NCBI GenBank assembly: GCA_001949185.1
Contig: BDGG01000003.1
Location: 3,703,158 to 3,767,157, forward strand
Direction: 5' to 3'
From: Ramazzottius varieornatus
Taxonomy: Eukaryota; Animalia; Tardigrada
DNA: 64,000 nt
A program made the position numbers and the translations under genes. Numbering within the stretch: the stretch's first letter is position 1; every line of letters begins with the position of its first letter. Under the pieces are notes generated by a model, which did no database searches, was not told the DNA's origin, and saw only the letters and a list, made by a program, of their open reading frames with translations. Positions 25,985 through 38,165 of this stretch are shown piece by piece.

Positions 25985-28024
25985 ATGTCGTTCGCGGTGG
26001 GACAACGAGTCTGCTTGAGGCAGTCGGATGTAGAACGCCGCGGAACAGTTCGATATGTTGGATATCTGGAACAAGCGGACGCACGCAAAGGTAAGCAGCC
26101 AACAATTCGCCGTCGCTTCGAACTTGGTTGCTGCGTTTGCCATGTAATTGGGTGCTTTCTCCTAACCCAGGTCCCTACGCTGGCGTGGAATGGGACGAAC
26201 CTAGAGAAGGCTTACATGACGGCGTGTTAAACGGAAGGCGTTTCTTCGAAGCCAGGTAAGTTATCGCTTCTTACTCCGGAGTTTTCCCATAATCCACGGT
26301 ACTGTTGATCGAATTTATTCGTGCAGGCCGAACTCCGCTTCGTTTGTACCTATCACTAAACTAGACAAAGGCAGGACGGCCGTTGCAGCGCTTAACGAGA
26401 AGTATGGAACACTGGAGGAGTATGATGTGGGAGTACGTTTTGGACGGAAGGAGGTGGAAGCAGTTGGCTGGAAGAAGACTATGGATAAAGTCAGGTAAAA
26501 AATGAAGTCACTCACAGCAATCGAAATGATGCTGCGGCTTCGTGTTACAGCCAAGAGACGTTTGCCTTCGTTTTCCCAGCCATTTCGATCGGTTAATCCA
26601 CGTAGACCTGACAGGATTCAATGTCAACCATCAAGGTTTGGACCAGCTGGCAGACCTGATCAAGAACGCAGAGACCCTCTCTTTGGGAAAAAGCCTGATA
26701 TCCTCCTGGTCCTCCATACTCAGCGTAGTCGAACGTCTACCTAAGGTAACCATGCTGGACCTGAGCGAGAATCGGCTGCATATGGACACCAACGAAACCA
26801 GCGTACGAATCAAACGACTCATCCTTCGGCGAAATGATGTGCATTGGGACGATGTCATGAAAACCCTGCGGCTGTTTCCTGAACTGGAAGAGATCTACCT
26901 GGCGCAAAACAACATCAATACCATCACTGCCAGCGAAGTTCTCGAAAGTTCGAAGCTGACTTTGGTCGACCTCGATAAACAGCAATGTCGATTAAGTGAC
27001 TGGAAAGCAATTCGCCAGCTCGGAAATCTTCCGAAGTGTGTACTGCACTGGTAAATGTAGGCATTTATCAGTTCTGTAGATTTTTAGGTTGGTTGAATGT
27101 TGTTGCAGTTTGAAAATTCTTCAGCTGAGCGAGAACTTTCTGGACACCATCTCATTTCCGGACTGTGGACCTGAAGGGACTACGAAGTACTTTCCCAAGC
27201 TCTCCCAGCTAACCCTCAGAATGAACGACATTGCCGAAGTACATTTTCCTGAGTTTCTTCCGATGTACAGCAGCCAGTGTCTAACGGTCGTTACCTTTGC
27301 AGTGGAGTTCGATCAGCGAACTGGACAAGCTACCAAAGCTGGAGAACTTGAAGATCTACCCTAACAAGGTCCTCGACAGCGTATCTCCCGCCACAGCTCG
27401 CCAGTGGGTCATTGCCAAAGTTGGAAACCTCAAAGTACTCAACCAAAGCCAGGTAAGCAATCTCAGATCGATGTTTCCTAACTCGGTTCAATATTAGTGG
27501 TTTTTGGAGCGATTGTTTTTCGAGGGAATAATAGTTTCCAATTTCTTTTGGTTTACTCATGCCCGGTTTACTTCTTTCAGGTTTCCGCTTCGGAACGGAG
27601 GGATTCGGAACTGGACTACATGAGGCAGTTCGGAGCAGAATGGGTGGACGCCACCAAGTCCGCTAACCCTGATCGTATTTCCTCATTCCTCTTCCAGCAT
27701 CCTCGCTTCAAGCAACTTCTGGTCAAGTACGGACCTCTCGATGCTGACGAGGCATCTCAAGCGGGACCACAAGCTCAACTGAAAAGTAGTCTCATTAAAG
27801 TCATTCTGCAACATCAGGAGCAAAAGAAAGAAAAGACTCTACCTAACACGATCAACGTGCTGAAGCTGAAGCGTCTGGTGGAGAAGCTCTTCCGCATATC
27901 CCAGACGGAGAAGCTGGCGTACGTCACGCCCGAGCACCCGGATGTGACGTTCTTCTTGGATGACGACCAGAAAGAAATTTCGCATTACGATATTAAGTCA
28001 GGTGATACTATTTTGATCTGCTAA
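25985..28024 (+). CDS. TBCE: Tubulin-specific chaperone E (CAP-Gly, LRR, ubiquitin-like)
   Basis: VGQRV..RGTVRYVG, GVEWDEPREGLHDG (CAP-Gly), VEAVGWKK, LRRs (LDLSENRL, LEEIYLAQNNI), ERRDSELDY, Ubl C-terminus LDDDQKEISHYDIKSGDTIL. Confidence 0.93.
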
Positions 28025-28215
28025 CCGAGTCTTTTCAGAGTGTTTTCCAGTGAAATCGGATCTCGTCGAATATGGAATACAGCTATGCATCACGGTGACG
28101 TCCAAACTAGATCAGAAGTCTCTCTGTGATAACTTTTCGGTTAGTGCGAAACTCTTGTGTTGTTTTTTTTTCTTTTCTAAGATTTAGTTCGTGATGAAAC
28201 TGAGATGGAAAATTA

Positions 28216-28343
28216 AGACGTGGGCAAATGCGATGAACCAGGTCGTTATTTCAAGTGGCGCATGTTTTCGTTGTTGTTGGCTGGAACTGTGCGCCACTCG
28301 GGAAGATGATCTGGTGCGAGTCATTAATATTACCCACGTCTCA
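28216..28343. mobile_element. MITE family A copy (well preserved)
   Basis: AGACGTGGGCAAAT..CCAGGTCGTT..CAAGTGGCGCA..TGTGCGCCACTCG..GATCTGG..CCCACGTCT. Confidence 0.8.
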
Positions 28344-29196
28344 ACTGTCTATTGAAACAGTGAGACTACAAAACCCGGATGAAACTGGTTCGAGCTTTGT
28401 CAGTTTCATGCGACCATCGATTACCGAGTGCCAATTATTTGCATGAGTTGAGTCTTCGGTGGTCGCCGAAGTCTATGACGTTGTCAGGACGTGTTATGGC
28501 TGCTTGACTTCACCGACATTTCCAGGCCGGAACAAAGTGATGGGGACGAGTTAATTTTATGCATCTGTCTGTCATCTTAGCATACATTCTTTTGCTTAAT
28601 CCGAAACGACGAAGGCTCTAAAAGCTCTGATACAGCTTGACCAGTGGGCTCCAACTTCCGACAAATCGTTCACTAAGGCTTCTCTCTCTCTCTCATTAGG
28701 CGATCCATTGGTCTCCTCTTTTTCTTATCGTATCTACTGGTCTTGCTGCTGATAGTGGAAATGTTTCCCATGCATTCCCGGCCTTCCCATTCAGAACAGA
28801 AACGCCTTCTAACGTGAGAAATGACCACTGTGAAGCAGCGAGACCAGTGAGAATGAGTTAAAATGGCACAGCGAGACACCGAGACAGAATTCGATAGGCC
28901 AGAAGGAACAAAGGAGGAAGAATGCCTTTCTCATTAGACAACTTGTCGAGAAGAATGTCCGTAATTGGGGAGAATAGCTGTACTTCTTTCACTCGAAGCC
29001 ATTCCTTTCTTTCATCCCGTCGACTATCGCCGCATAACACTCTCAGTCTTTTTTTTCACTTTTTTCTCGCCGGCTAGTCCGATACCTCTCCAGCTTTTTC
29101 AGTCTGGCATATTTTCCCTGCGCGGAATTCAACTTTCTTCGAAGGACTTCGGTTTGCCATTATTCCAGAATACTTTTTGAGGCAATCTCGGAGAAA

Positions 29197-30345
29197 ATGA
29201 TATTAATACTTTTGTTGATGGCTTTCGTCTCGGTGACTTGCGCAGGTCTCTTTGAGGACTTCAGTCTTTCCAGCCCATCAAGTTCGATACAAAATAACAT
29301 TTTTCCACGCTTGAATATCAAGTCTCGGGGTTTCATCACCCGTAACAGCTGGAATGTGGTAGATCTGCGTGCTGTGCACAATCTGAGTACCATTCAAGTG
29401 TCATGGAACCTGACACCGACCCCCGCTGCCGACGAGCTGTCCTGTTGTTCCACCACGTTCCTCGAAGTTTACCCTATGGATTACGCACTGGGGCGGCGGG
29501 TAAAGGATGAAGCCATCCAAGTGGTCATGGTGCCTTTCAACACTTCAACCTACCAACTGGACACCGCACAGATACAAAGAAGACTCCGTCTCAGGCAAAC
29601 GTCTTTCCGACCAAAGATCACAACCGATGAATATGTCAACCTCATCAATTTCCAGCGCTATGTGGTCTGTATCCGACTTTGGCATCGCTTAGCAGGAAAA
29701 GACCGCATTGTCGATGAAAGCTGCGCGAATACTGTAATCAGTCCTTCGACTTCTTCCGAGGACGAACCTTCGACCATCCTCATAGTCTTCATCGTGATAA
29801 TCTTGTTCAACATCCTCCTCGTTCTAACCGTAGTTCTCATATCTCGTTGCAAGAAGAATCAAACAGCTGATAGTGAGAACCCAGTGCTTCCGTTCACCGT
29901 CAAAAAATGGTGGAAAGATGTGTCAGACGTGTTGCACATCCAGCAACGAGCCAACATCGCCGCTCAGGCTTCCTTGTTCGGACAAGTCAATGGAGGGTTG
30001 TCCGTCATCAGTAGCAACAGCACGACTCCTTCGTTGTTGAACTCGTATGTAACGGAATATATGACGGACTATGCCAGCTCTCGCCCGCCGTTCTGCTCTC
30101 CGAACGTGCCTAGGCCCACTCGAACAACTGGACTTCCAGAAAGGACTCTACCGAGTTACAGCTACCCACTTCCGGGTAGCCATTGCTACTACAACGTCTT
30201 TCCTAGGGCGGCTGCCACTTACGCTGGACAACAGTATGCTGTGTTGAACCCGCTGCACTACATGGCGCAGGGGATCGACCATCGGAGAGTCGCTTCGTGG
30301 GGAGGTGTTGGATCCAGCAGGGGGCCTGTCTCGATGATTGTGTAG
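29197..30345 (+). CDS. Intronless type I membrane protein with FN3-like ectodomain
   Basis: Signal peptide; IQVSWN...YVVCIRL (FN3-like); TM ILIVFIVIILFNILLVLTVVLI; Tyr/Pro-rich cytoplasmic tail; 382-aa open frame. Confidence 0.75.
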   Translation: MILILLLMAFVSVTCAGLFEDFSLSSPSSSIQNNIFPRLNIKSRGFITRNSWNVVDLRAVHNLSTIQVSWNLTPTPAADELSCCSTTFLEVYPMDYALGRRVKDEAIQVVMVPFNTSTYQLDTAQIQRRLRLRQTSFRPKITTDEYVNLINFQRYVVCIRLWHRLAGKDRIVDESCANTVISPSTSSEDEPSTILIVFIVIILFNILLVLTVVLISRCKKNQTADSENPVLPFTVKKWWKDVSDVLHIQQRANIAAQASLFGQVNGGLSVISSNSTTPSLLNSYVTEYMTDYASSRPPFCSPNVPRPTRTTGLPERTLPSYSYPLPGSHCYYNVFPRAAATYAGQQYAVLNPLHYMAQGIDHRRVASWGGVGSSRGPVSMIV

Positions 30346-30665
30346 ACTAGGTTGACTCCGCAGTTCTTCAGTTTTGTACATAGTACTTTTTGCGCTTCCG
30401 TGTACTTTTTCTTGCACTTTACGATAACCATCACCATAGCAAAATCGGCGGTGGTGTTTTCCATACAAACGTCAGGCCACATGCCAGTCTTTGCTCTGTT
30501 TCATAAAAACAAATAATTGCTGATGGGGATATGACTGTGGTAAGAATTACCTGTAAGATCGATGCTACGTAATGTTGGAAAAAGCTTTGAAGTTTTGCTC
30601 AACGGTGTAAACGCCTCCTGGACATTTGGTCCGACCCTACGCGAACTTCCGGGTTTGGAAGCGCC

Positions 30666-33600
30666 ATGACGTTGCCGTTCGTGGCGGGACAAGCCTACCT
30701 TGACCAGGTAACTTACGCACTATGAAGTTATGATCCGACCGTGGCTTCAGGTGGTTTGACTTTGGTCCTGTGGCTCTTGCAGATAACCCAGGAGGACTTC
30801 CGAAAGCCGCATTTTCTCGTACGCGAGAACAATGTTCCTTACGTGGTCAACGGCAATGTCGGAGTGGGCGGGCGGCTCTTGGCTGGCAAACAGAAGCCAC
30901 CGGCCAACTCCTTCCAGAATACAGACCGCGTAGCGGCGCCTTCCCAATGGCCCCACATTCCACATGCCACTTTACAGTTCGGATCATACGTTTACGAGGT
31001 AAATCCTTGGTGTCTTCAAAGAAGTTTGATGAGTTGGGGCGTCGGGAAACTTATTTCACCCGGATCGCCATGTCAAGCGGCGCAGGTTCTCGTTACTATG
31101 GCTGAGGGCATGCGCTGCTTGGGGAAGACGATCTGGGTGACTTCGTTTCGTTTTCCGGCGTTCCAGTTTTTCGCTGATTCTGTTCTTCCGCTTCCGTAGG
31201 ATTTTGTGAACGGGAGAATCGATGAAAAGGTCCCGGTGCGAATCTACCAAGTCTTCTTCTATTTAGAGGCAAGATACGAAGACTTTGACTGCAGAAACAC
31301 GGCACAAAATGAATTTGCTTGGTTTAAAAGATTTTGTCTGTTTGCAGGATAACACGGTGGAGATTACAGAGTCGCAAGCTGGCAACACCGAATATGTTCC
31401 ACCAAAGCATCTTTCTCGTCAGAGGGTTCCGCGCGCTAACGATCCGGACACCTTTCTCTCTGTTTACGATTTCACCGTTGGTAAACCGGTGATCATTTAT
31501 GGCCGCCAACACATGATCTACTCTTGCGACCTGTACACACGGAACACGCTGACCAAGATGGGCTTCGTAGTTGCACCAGCCCAGGAACCACCGTACAGTC
31601 AGATTATGGCAGCCTCAAAACTGGTATGAAGTATGAGCTAGATTAGACAATTGGGCGGCCGGCAGACGAAACGAATGAGATCGTTATCTCAACTGGCACA
31701 CGTCCTCATTGTTTTTGGTGTAAAGGTGCGCCAGTTCTGGTAAAGATCCTGTACGTTTTTTTACTAGTCTGGCGATTTCATTACAGTATGAATTTTTGTT
31801 TTGGATATATATTCTTGTTTTCCCATGTAGTCAAAAATGGACGAAAAGCTCAAGCGGCACTTCAATACGGACGGTCACTTCGCTCGGTTCCTTCAGTATG
31901 ATGGGCAGGTTCTCCGTTTCAACGCTGTGTGGAACGATAAGAAGTCAATGTTCGGTGATGAACACACGCTGCTAGTTCGCTTTTACCTGTCCGACGGGAC
32001 GCTGGAAATTCTGCGTAAGGAGCCACAGTTGAACGGTCGGGATATGTGGAGGCCGTTCATCAAACGAGCCAGAATTCCGAAGGTACGAAAAGCCGAAACG
32101 TCATTTGTTATGTCTGCTAAAGGCTAAGCTTGAAATTATACCTCGAATAGAAAGTTGCAGATCTGAGCAAGGTGAACCAAGGAGCACCATGGCCAGTACT
32201 GAAGACCATGCCGAATGGCAGGCATCCTATCCAGAACTACCAGCTCTTCGACCAAGCGCAGGTTCGTGGAGTCCTGAACGCTTTCAACTAGTCCGAGAAG
32301 CTTACGACTATGTATGTAAGCATTTGCATTTTCTCTGCTGTATCACAGTTTCCGGAGAACGTAGCGGTGTTCACGGACGTCGACCTTCAATGCGGTAGAG
32401 AGATATGTGTCTTCGGACGGTCTATACTGTTAACCGACTGTGACGACTTTACAAAATGGTTTTACCGGCATAGATATCAAAAAGGTACGAACTGTCTTCT
32501 TCGAGAAATGTAAATTTCCAAAAGAATATGATTAACGTGGACGGGTATCTGCTTGTTTGTAGAACAAGAAGCCATCCACATGCCGGATTCCACGGACGCA
32601 GGAAAGTATGGGAAGGTGTGCCCGTACAACCAACACGGAAGCGAGGAAGACTCGATCCTTAACTGCCAAAAGCTCCGTCCACTCCAGCCTCTTACCGACC
32701 TTCGAAAGTACCTTCTGGTCGACCAGTAAGAATTGCTTTGCTTTTCGTCCGCTTTTTTTATTTTTTGTTTCTGCTTTTACATGTTTTGTGGGTCGTTTTT
32801 TAGAGATTTTGAAGATCCAAATAGCCTTGTGTTTTCCGTGAAGATGATAACAGACGACGCCATCGATGGAAGCCGGAATTTCATCATGACATATAGCTTG
32901 AACGACGACGGCGTTTGCGTGAAGGAACGAGTAGGAGCTGGTAGGCGTAACTTGCGATGTTGCTCCGATCTTTATTTGCCACCCTCATTTTTTGATGAAT
33001 ATGAACCTTTGACTGAACGACATTCTTCCAGCACACGGGCATGACGTTCGTGCTTACGGCGAGAAGCGACCAGTGAAGAAAGGTCACAACCCTCAGACAA
33101 CCTTGCCTCAGTACCTTCAACCGGAAGACCTCTACGTGGGAGCCGTCGTAGAACTACGAGGGAAACGCTTCCTGCTCACCGAAGCAGACGAAGCGACCTT
33201 GTCCTTTATGGAGAAGTACTCGCAAAGGGTGCGATATGAAAAAACTGGCCAACTAATTTTGCCCTGAAACAATCATGCAGGGAACTTACAAATCTGTTTT
33301 CATGCAGTTTCCGTACTCTGATATTCAGAGGACAATAACAAAGTTCTTCGGCGCTTTACCGCTCGATCGAGAGGCGGTCTCAATGGTGAGAAGTAACTTC
33401 GAAGACCGAGACAGTTCGAAAAGCGGGCTACTTGACTGGGACCAATTTGTGTAAGAACTTACCATATCTAAAATATCTAATGAACTATGAAAGACAATAA
33501 GACAGAAAATGGAATCTTCAGGCATGCCAACACGACGAGATCGTTTTTCCAAGTGACGCAGGCTTTCAGCCTATAACATCGACAATGTGCGCCGCTCGGG

Positions 33601-34265
33601 AAAGCAGCCTTGTCGACTTTGTTTGCCGAGTTTCAAAATGATACAGATCAAGGGATGAGAGAATGCGGGAAATTATGGAAATAAATCTCTTTCACAGAAA
33701 ATGTCTTACCGATGCGGCAAAGAGCGCTCTGGTGCCGCATGAGTACAATACTATCGCCAGAAACTACGCATTGTACCCACACATTAGCAAGGAACGGCGC
33801 CGCGAGCTGCTGCGCACCTTCATCCAGCAACGACTGCGCCAGGCTTTCTGGGAACCCCAGCAAAAGCTCTTGACGGCTCTCATCAGAATCGACGTCGAGA
33901 ATCGGAAGTTCATATCGCGCGAAGAAATGGACAATATACTGAAAGCCACACGAATACCGACCAAGTACGTTCTGGTTTCCATGTACCTCGACCTTGTCGA
34001 GACAGACCACGGGATTCCCTATGAGCAAGTGGTGCGCGATTTGGACTGGGTGCGGAACCCCGGCAGACATCTTGCGAAACTACCAGAAAAAGTAAGATGG
34101 TTTTCGAAGTTCTTGCTCGTGGGAGAACGATATAAATAATATCAGCGGGCTTTGTGTTTGCAGATGGACTTGAACTTCGACTTCAATAAGTTTTTCGGTG
34201 AAGATAAGAGAGGCGTAAGATACCGAGATTTCATACAAGATCTCAGAAGATTTGGTTGCCGTTGA
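30666..34265 (+). CDS. EFHC2: EF-hand domain-containing family member C2-like (DM10 domains; Rib72/EFHC family)
   Basis: MTLPFVAGQAYLDQ N-terminus; three DM10-like repeats (QDNTVEITE..IYSCDLYTR; YDGQVLRFNAVW..FYLSDGTLEI..LTDCDDFT; LYVGAVVELRGKRFLLTEADE); FPYSD; C-terminal EF-hand-like region. Confidence 0.85.
31651..31770. mobile_element. MITE family A copy (EFHC intron)
   Basis: TTGGGCGGCCGGCAGA..GATCGTTATCTCAACTGGCACACG..GTGCGCCAGTT. Confidence 0.6.
33520..33635. mobile_element. MITE family A copy (EFHC intron)
   Basis: GATCGTTTTTCCAAGTGACGCA..TGTGCGCCGCTCGGGAAA..TTTGCCGA. Confidence 0.6.
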
Positions 34266-34385
34266 GAAAATTTCATATCTTTAGTCTAGATATTACAATG
34301 GTATGCTGATGTTTCATTTATTTTAAACTTTTGGACGATGCTGTTCTCACAGGACCGGTCGTGAGAAAACTACGTAGTTAACGTT

Positions 34386-34505
34386 AAGACGTGGGCAAAT
34401 AAACTAAATCAGATCATTTCCGCAAATGGCGCACACTTTTAGCGCTTAACAATGAGAATCTACGCCACTTCAGACAACGATATTGTTTAACACTCTGCGT
34501 ACGAC
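34386..34505. mobile_element. MITE family A copy
   Basis: AAGACGTGGGCAAAT..CAGATCATT..AAATGGCGCAC..ACGCCACTT. Confidence 0.65.
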
Positions 34506-35590
34506 CGTCCTCTTTGTGTATACAATCACTCAGTTTTATTCACCTCCCAGTTTTAGCTTTTGGTCTTTCGGGTCTGGGTCTTTTTGTTTGCATGTACCTC
34601 GGTCTTCTCACCAAAGCAACACTAATGACCAGCGGTCAGCAAAACCCCAGCACGCCGGAAATGGTGAAATTTGGTGTTTCGTCTCTTCGCGCGAGACACG
34701 TGCACGGTATTCGCTTAGAAAAAAACCGGAGCAGTGGGGAAAGTCTTATCGATCGAAGCCGAGCCCGGGATAAACTTTGTAGTCATCAGTGCGGTCAGAA
34801 GAAAATCAAAACGACCAGTTCACCCTTTTGAGATTTGGCGTTCATGGCCCGCCAATTATCCGAATTTTGAAATTTCGAAAACTGCCTATTGGTTGGACCA
34901 GCCTCCGCAACACGGTACCAGCCAATAGATTTCCTGTATACACAAAGAGGACGGTCGTATTCTGCAAACATGAAAACGATCGCTGAAAGTGCTAATCCAT
35001 ATTCCTACTGTTCTAATTTAGCTGTGACGTTGAGAAAACTGATACATGTGACGGTTTAGTTGACTAGTAATTTTCTCTCTATCAGACACACTCAAAGTAT
35101 TTCCTCAGGACACGGAAAACTACCAGTAACTCAAGCCGATGATCCCGTCCCTGGATAGTCCTGATTTCGTCCCTGGTTCCTTCCTGGATAGTAACCAGAT
35201 AGTGCAAATGTCCTCGTCAATTCTCTAATAAATTGTGAACTCTTGACGTAATTTGCGCGTCGCGGACAGCAACCTTGGAAATTTCAGAGGTCATCAACTC
35301 GCGACTTCAGAGTAGCGCAGACGTCTACCGTTTTTTTCGGCCTCGAGAACGGTTCTGTATTAATTCCAGTGATTACTTCCACGCGACCTCACAATCTCTT
35401 TGCAGATTGGAGCTACGTCGAATTTTATAAACAACACGACTGGTATATATACAGCAGCTGCGAGCTTTTTATAAGTCCACCAGTCTCGTCTCGCTTCCCA
35501 CTACACCGTCAGATCCCACTTCTCTTTTCCCAGGATACTGAGTAGCCCAGGGCGTGCGTAAAGCCAGACTTTCTTTTGTTTCCGAGTAAG

Positions 35591-35962
35591 ATGGCGACAA
35601 GAGCTGCTTTAGTTCTGTGCTAATTTCCTGCCTCGTTGCTTCTTATTGGGGCAAAACCCAACACCGCGCCAACCGGCGTGGCTTCGGTTAAAACTTCCAC
35701 AACTACCAAAGGTCAAGTCGCAGAGTGCTACGTAAAAGTTCGCCAGGTATTTCACTAAAATTCGATGCTTTACCGACATTACCGCTGACAGTTCTGCTTT
35801 ATCGTAGACAAGAGTGGTCGCTGCTTGCCCATTGGGCAACTGTCCTCCGGATCCATGCCCAGTCTTTGCCAGTCCCTGGACCGCGAATACATCTCTGTCC
35901 ATTTCGAATGTGCCGATATCCTGAGCACAAAAAGAGAGCAACCTCCAACTTGGAAAACATAA
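35591..35962 (+). pseudogene. Disabled copy of the secreted 4-Cys peptide gene at 37547
   Basis: Same two-exon structure (35591..35746, 35808..35962): NTAPTG..AECYVKVRQ|..GRCLPIGQLSSGSMPSLCQSLDREYISV..EC. TAA at codon 11 and a frameshift at the start of exon 2. Confidence 0.85.
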
Positions 35963-37546
35963 AAGCGACCAGGCACCATTTGCCGTTAGAAACTCATAGG
36001 GTCGGGGCTACGCTCTATTAGCACAGTATTTATGAACTGGGTGGAAACCGCTCGCACAAAGATGCTATACATTACTGTAATGACTGCTTCAAATTATGTA
36101 CTTTTTCCCGGTCGCCCTAGATAATCAAAAGTAGTTGATGAGGACTACTCTTTGAGTTTGAATAAAGATTGGACACTTGTGTTGAAGTTTATAGTCTTGA
36201 ACCTGAAAGCGATGTCTTCCAAGCGCCACCTGGCAGTATTGTAAAGACTCAGGATGCAATCCACAAGCGTGCGCGGTCGAGTCCGCCAGATAAGAAACGT
36301 TGCAGGACAGCGGGATGCGGTCAAATTAAGCTCTGGCCGGTAAGGGACCGTTGCACATAATTATTGCAGTGAAGCAACACTATTGCCGGCAAAGTACGCT
36401 CTGTCAGCCAGTATATTTCATCCTTCTCGGAGGCCGAAGGTGTTTTCGAGGTACCCACCGCAGTTCAGAGTCGGCTACCGCCAATTTGTTTTGGGGAAAA
36501 GAGGTAAATCTAAGGTTAATACTGTACCTCTGATTTTTAAATTCTACTGAATACTATATATGACAGAAGATTTTTTTAGTATAAGCCGTGTGGACCACTG
36601 TACATCGGTTCTCACGAAAGCTGAGAAATTTCTGAAGCTGATGAATTGCTACAGTCATCAGGAACGTGGTTCAGTGTCGTGCGATGAATTAGTGCTGGAA
36701 GCTAGACTCTTCAGCTCTTCGGTTTGGTTTCCCTTAATCATATCAAACGGCACACCCAGATTACTTCCTTAAGTTCCAGAGACTAATATCTATAAATACA
36801 GAGATTAAGCTGCGCCTCCCGTTCACTTTGCAGCAGTAGCTACGGCTTACTCCGTCCATCTCGTCAGGTGTAGCTACATCTTGCTTTCCGGAGCTCCCCT
36901 TACTTTCAGAAAATAGCGTAATCCGCATTACGGTTAGTTGACATTGGGAAGCATGGTGGCTGCCCAGCTATTCAAGTCCTGATCAGCTGCTGCACTTATG
37001 CGTGACGTTGCCGCTCATTTTAGCCACAGTCGGACTTCCAGCCCGCAGTGGCTGCTAAATCCGTGTGAATATTGGGTAAATTAATCCGATGATTTTTGAT
37101 TTCGATCCACATCCGCCTCACATCAATGGGGTGCGTACCCGTATAGTCACCTCTGAATGTCGACATGAATGCCTGCATTAATTTTTCTATTGTAACCCAT
37201 GACGCTTGTTTGCTTATTCCGGTCTTTCCATGACTCAAAGTCAATTTTGGATGATTAAGGCTTTTAAACTCTGACCTCAGACTACCGGGAAGGAGAGTCG
37301 ACCGCCTCGGGAACAGTGCTATGTGCTATTTTTAGTGGTACGTTCCTTCCGTGCGATCCCATGACCCAGCAAGGCAGATCTAGGACTTTTGCAAGGTAAC
37401 ATATAAATACGCGTCACTTCGCTACAAGTCTCCTACATTCGGTACTTCAGCCCATTCCTGCCACCGGACTCAGTTTCCCACTTTCCCTCCTTCCGCCTGC
37501 ACAAGCTCACTTGTCACTACGCGCGATATCAATACCGATCGGGAGA

Positions 37547-37941
37547 ATGTCTCTTGGAGTTCGATGCTTAACCAAGCGGCTCCTTTTGGTTCTCTGCTGC
37601 ATTTCGATGGGGATAGTCCTCAGTGCTGCGAAGCAGAGCAACACCGCACCAACCGGGCTGCCGTCGTCGACAAGTTCGGCAAGCTCCGCTGACCAAGCCG
37701 CGGAATGCTACATCGAAGTTCGCCAGGTACTAAACTTCTTTCCCCGCTCCCATCAGACTACCGTTGATGCCTGACCTGAGTTGGTCTATTGTAGACAAAG
37801 CTGATGCCCGGTCGCTGCCTGCCCGTTGGACGCCTGTCTTCGATGCCCAATCTCTGCCAGTCTCTGGACCGCGAGTTCATCTCTGTCCAAAATGAATGCG
37901 CCAATGTCCGAGCTGCCAAAGGAGAACACACCGCCACGTAG
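37547..37941 (+). CDS. Orphan secreted peptide with 4 Cys in the mature part (108 aa)
   Basis: join(37547..37726,37795..37941). Signal peptide, Ser/Thr linker, ECYIEVRQTKLMPGRCLPVGRLSSMPNLCQSLDREFISVQNEC. TATA box ~37402. Supported by its paralog. Confidence 0.8.
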
Positions 37942-38165
37942 AGCCGCCACCATACGATTGGTCCTTACACTTTTGAGGCCTACCGTCTACCATCATTTTG
38001 TCGTTAATTTAGCAGTCATTTCCAGTCAATTTTTCGGGAGAGAGTAATCGCACAACAAACTGTACAAAATAATAATAATTCAAAAGTTTTGAATACAAAA
38101 TAAAAATTCAAAAAGGTTGCTTACGGTTGCGCGCGGTTTCCTCAGCAGTTTCGGGTCTCGGAGCT

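Noticed and set aside
28216-28343. Recurrent palindromes as CRISPR repeats, REP or attC sites
   Set aside because: They are dispersed, intronic and in a eukaryotic context, with no spacer array, cas gene or integrase.
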